From Mobula hypostoma (Eukaryota): a stretch of 64,000 bases of DNA. Below, in pieces: positions 63,801 through 64,000 of the stretch. Location of the stretch: contig NC_086108.1 of the NCBI RefSeq assembly GCF_963921235.1, positions 46,936,001 through 47,000,000 on the forward strand. Reading direction: 5' to 3'. The translations under genes and the position numbers were made by a program. The number at the start of each line of letters is the position of its first letter. The first letter of the stretch is position 1. The notes under the pieces were generated by a model that had not been told where the DNA came from, did no database searches, and was given only the letters and a program-made list of their open reading frames with translations.

Positions 63801-64000
63801 ATTCCTGTTTCTCTTCTTGAAAGATTTTGGCCATGGATTGGGAAAGTTGTATTGCTTACTTGTTTGTTTTGAGAGTTGTCTTAGTTTCTTACCAAGGGGA
63901 GGTATAATATTGAGACACTTGAGAGGGATTGAAGAGAACTCAAAACATCAACTGGCTTTTATACTGAGCCTTTCATAATTTAGATATCAGCTAAAGCTTT

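Noticed and set aside
58905..64000. Further ABL2 exons (e.g. acceptor-like TTTTGTTTGCAG near 61055)
   Set aside because: No frame resembling ABL2 exon 2, SH3 or SH2; treated as intron 1.

Overview
Eukaryotic, repeat-dominated vertebrate DNA. The repeat set (V-SINEs, several CR1 subfamilies, Rex1/Babar, Penelope-like elements) suggests a cartilaginous fish, probably a ray; this is inference only. Two host genes point away from each other from CpG-rich islands. The first coding exon (1B, myristoylated isoform) of ABL2 is at 58733-58904 (+). A probable first coding exon of SOAT1/ACAT1 is at 9240-9342 (-). This is the same head-to-head arrangement as in mammals. The ~48 kb between them is layered transposon debris: a Mag-clade Gypsy LTR element, CR1 nested in CR1, RTE, Rex1, Tc1 (IR/DR type), hAT elements, SINEs and minisatellites. 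The most interesting signal is a recurring family of short Penelope-like (PLE) copies carrying a minimal type I hammerhead ribozyme motif (consensus AGTC-CTGAYGA-A-GGGTCTCGGCCC-GAAACGTC-GACT). Several form palindromic insertions, three are flanked by 10-14 bp target-site duplications, and their ends cluster at the ribozyme. Other candidates: an ATG-TAA start-stop element in the ABL2 leader, a strong-context CUG in the SOAT1 exon where mammals have Met1, and a 111-bp inverted duplication inside Gypsy pol. All alignments were done by eye, boundaries of degraded repeats are approximate, and family names rest on motif recognition, not database searches.
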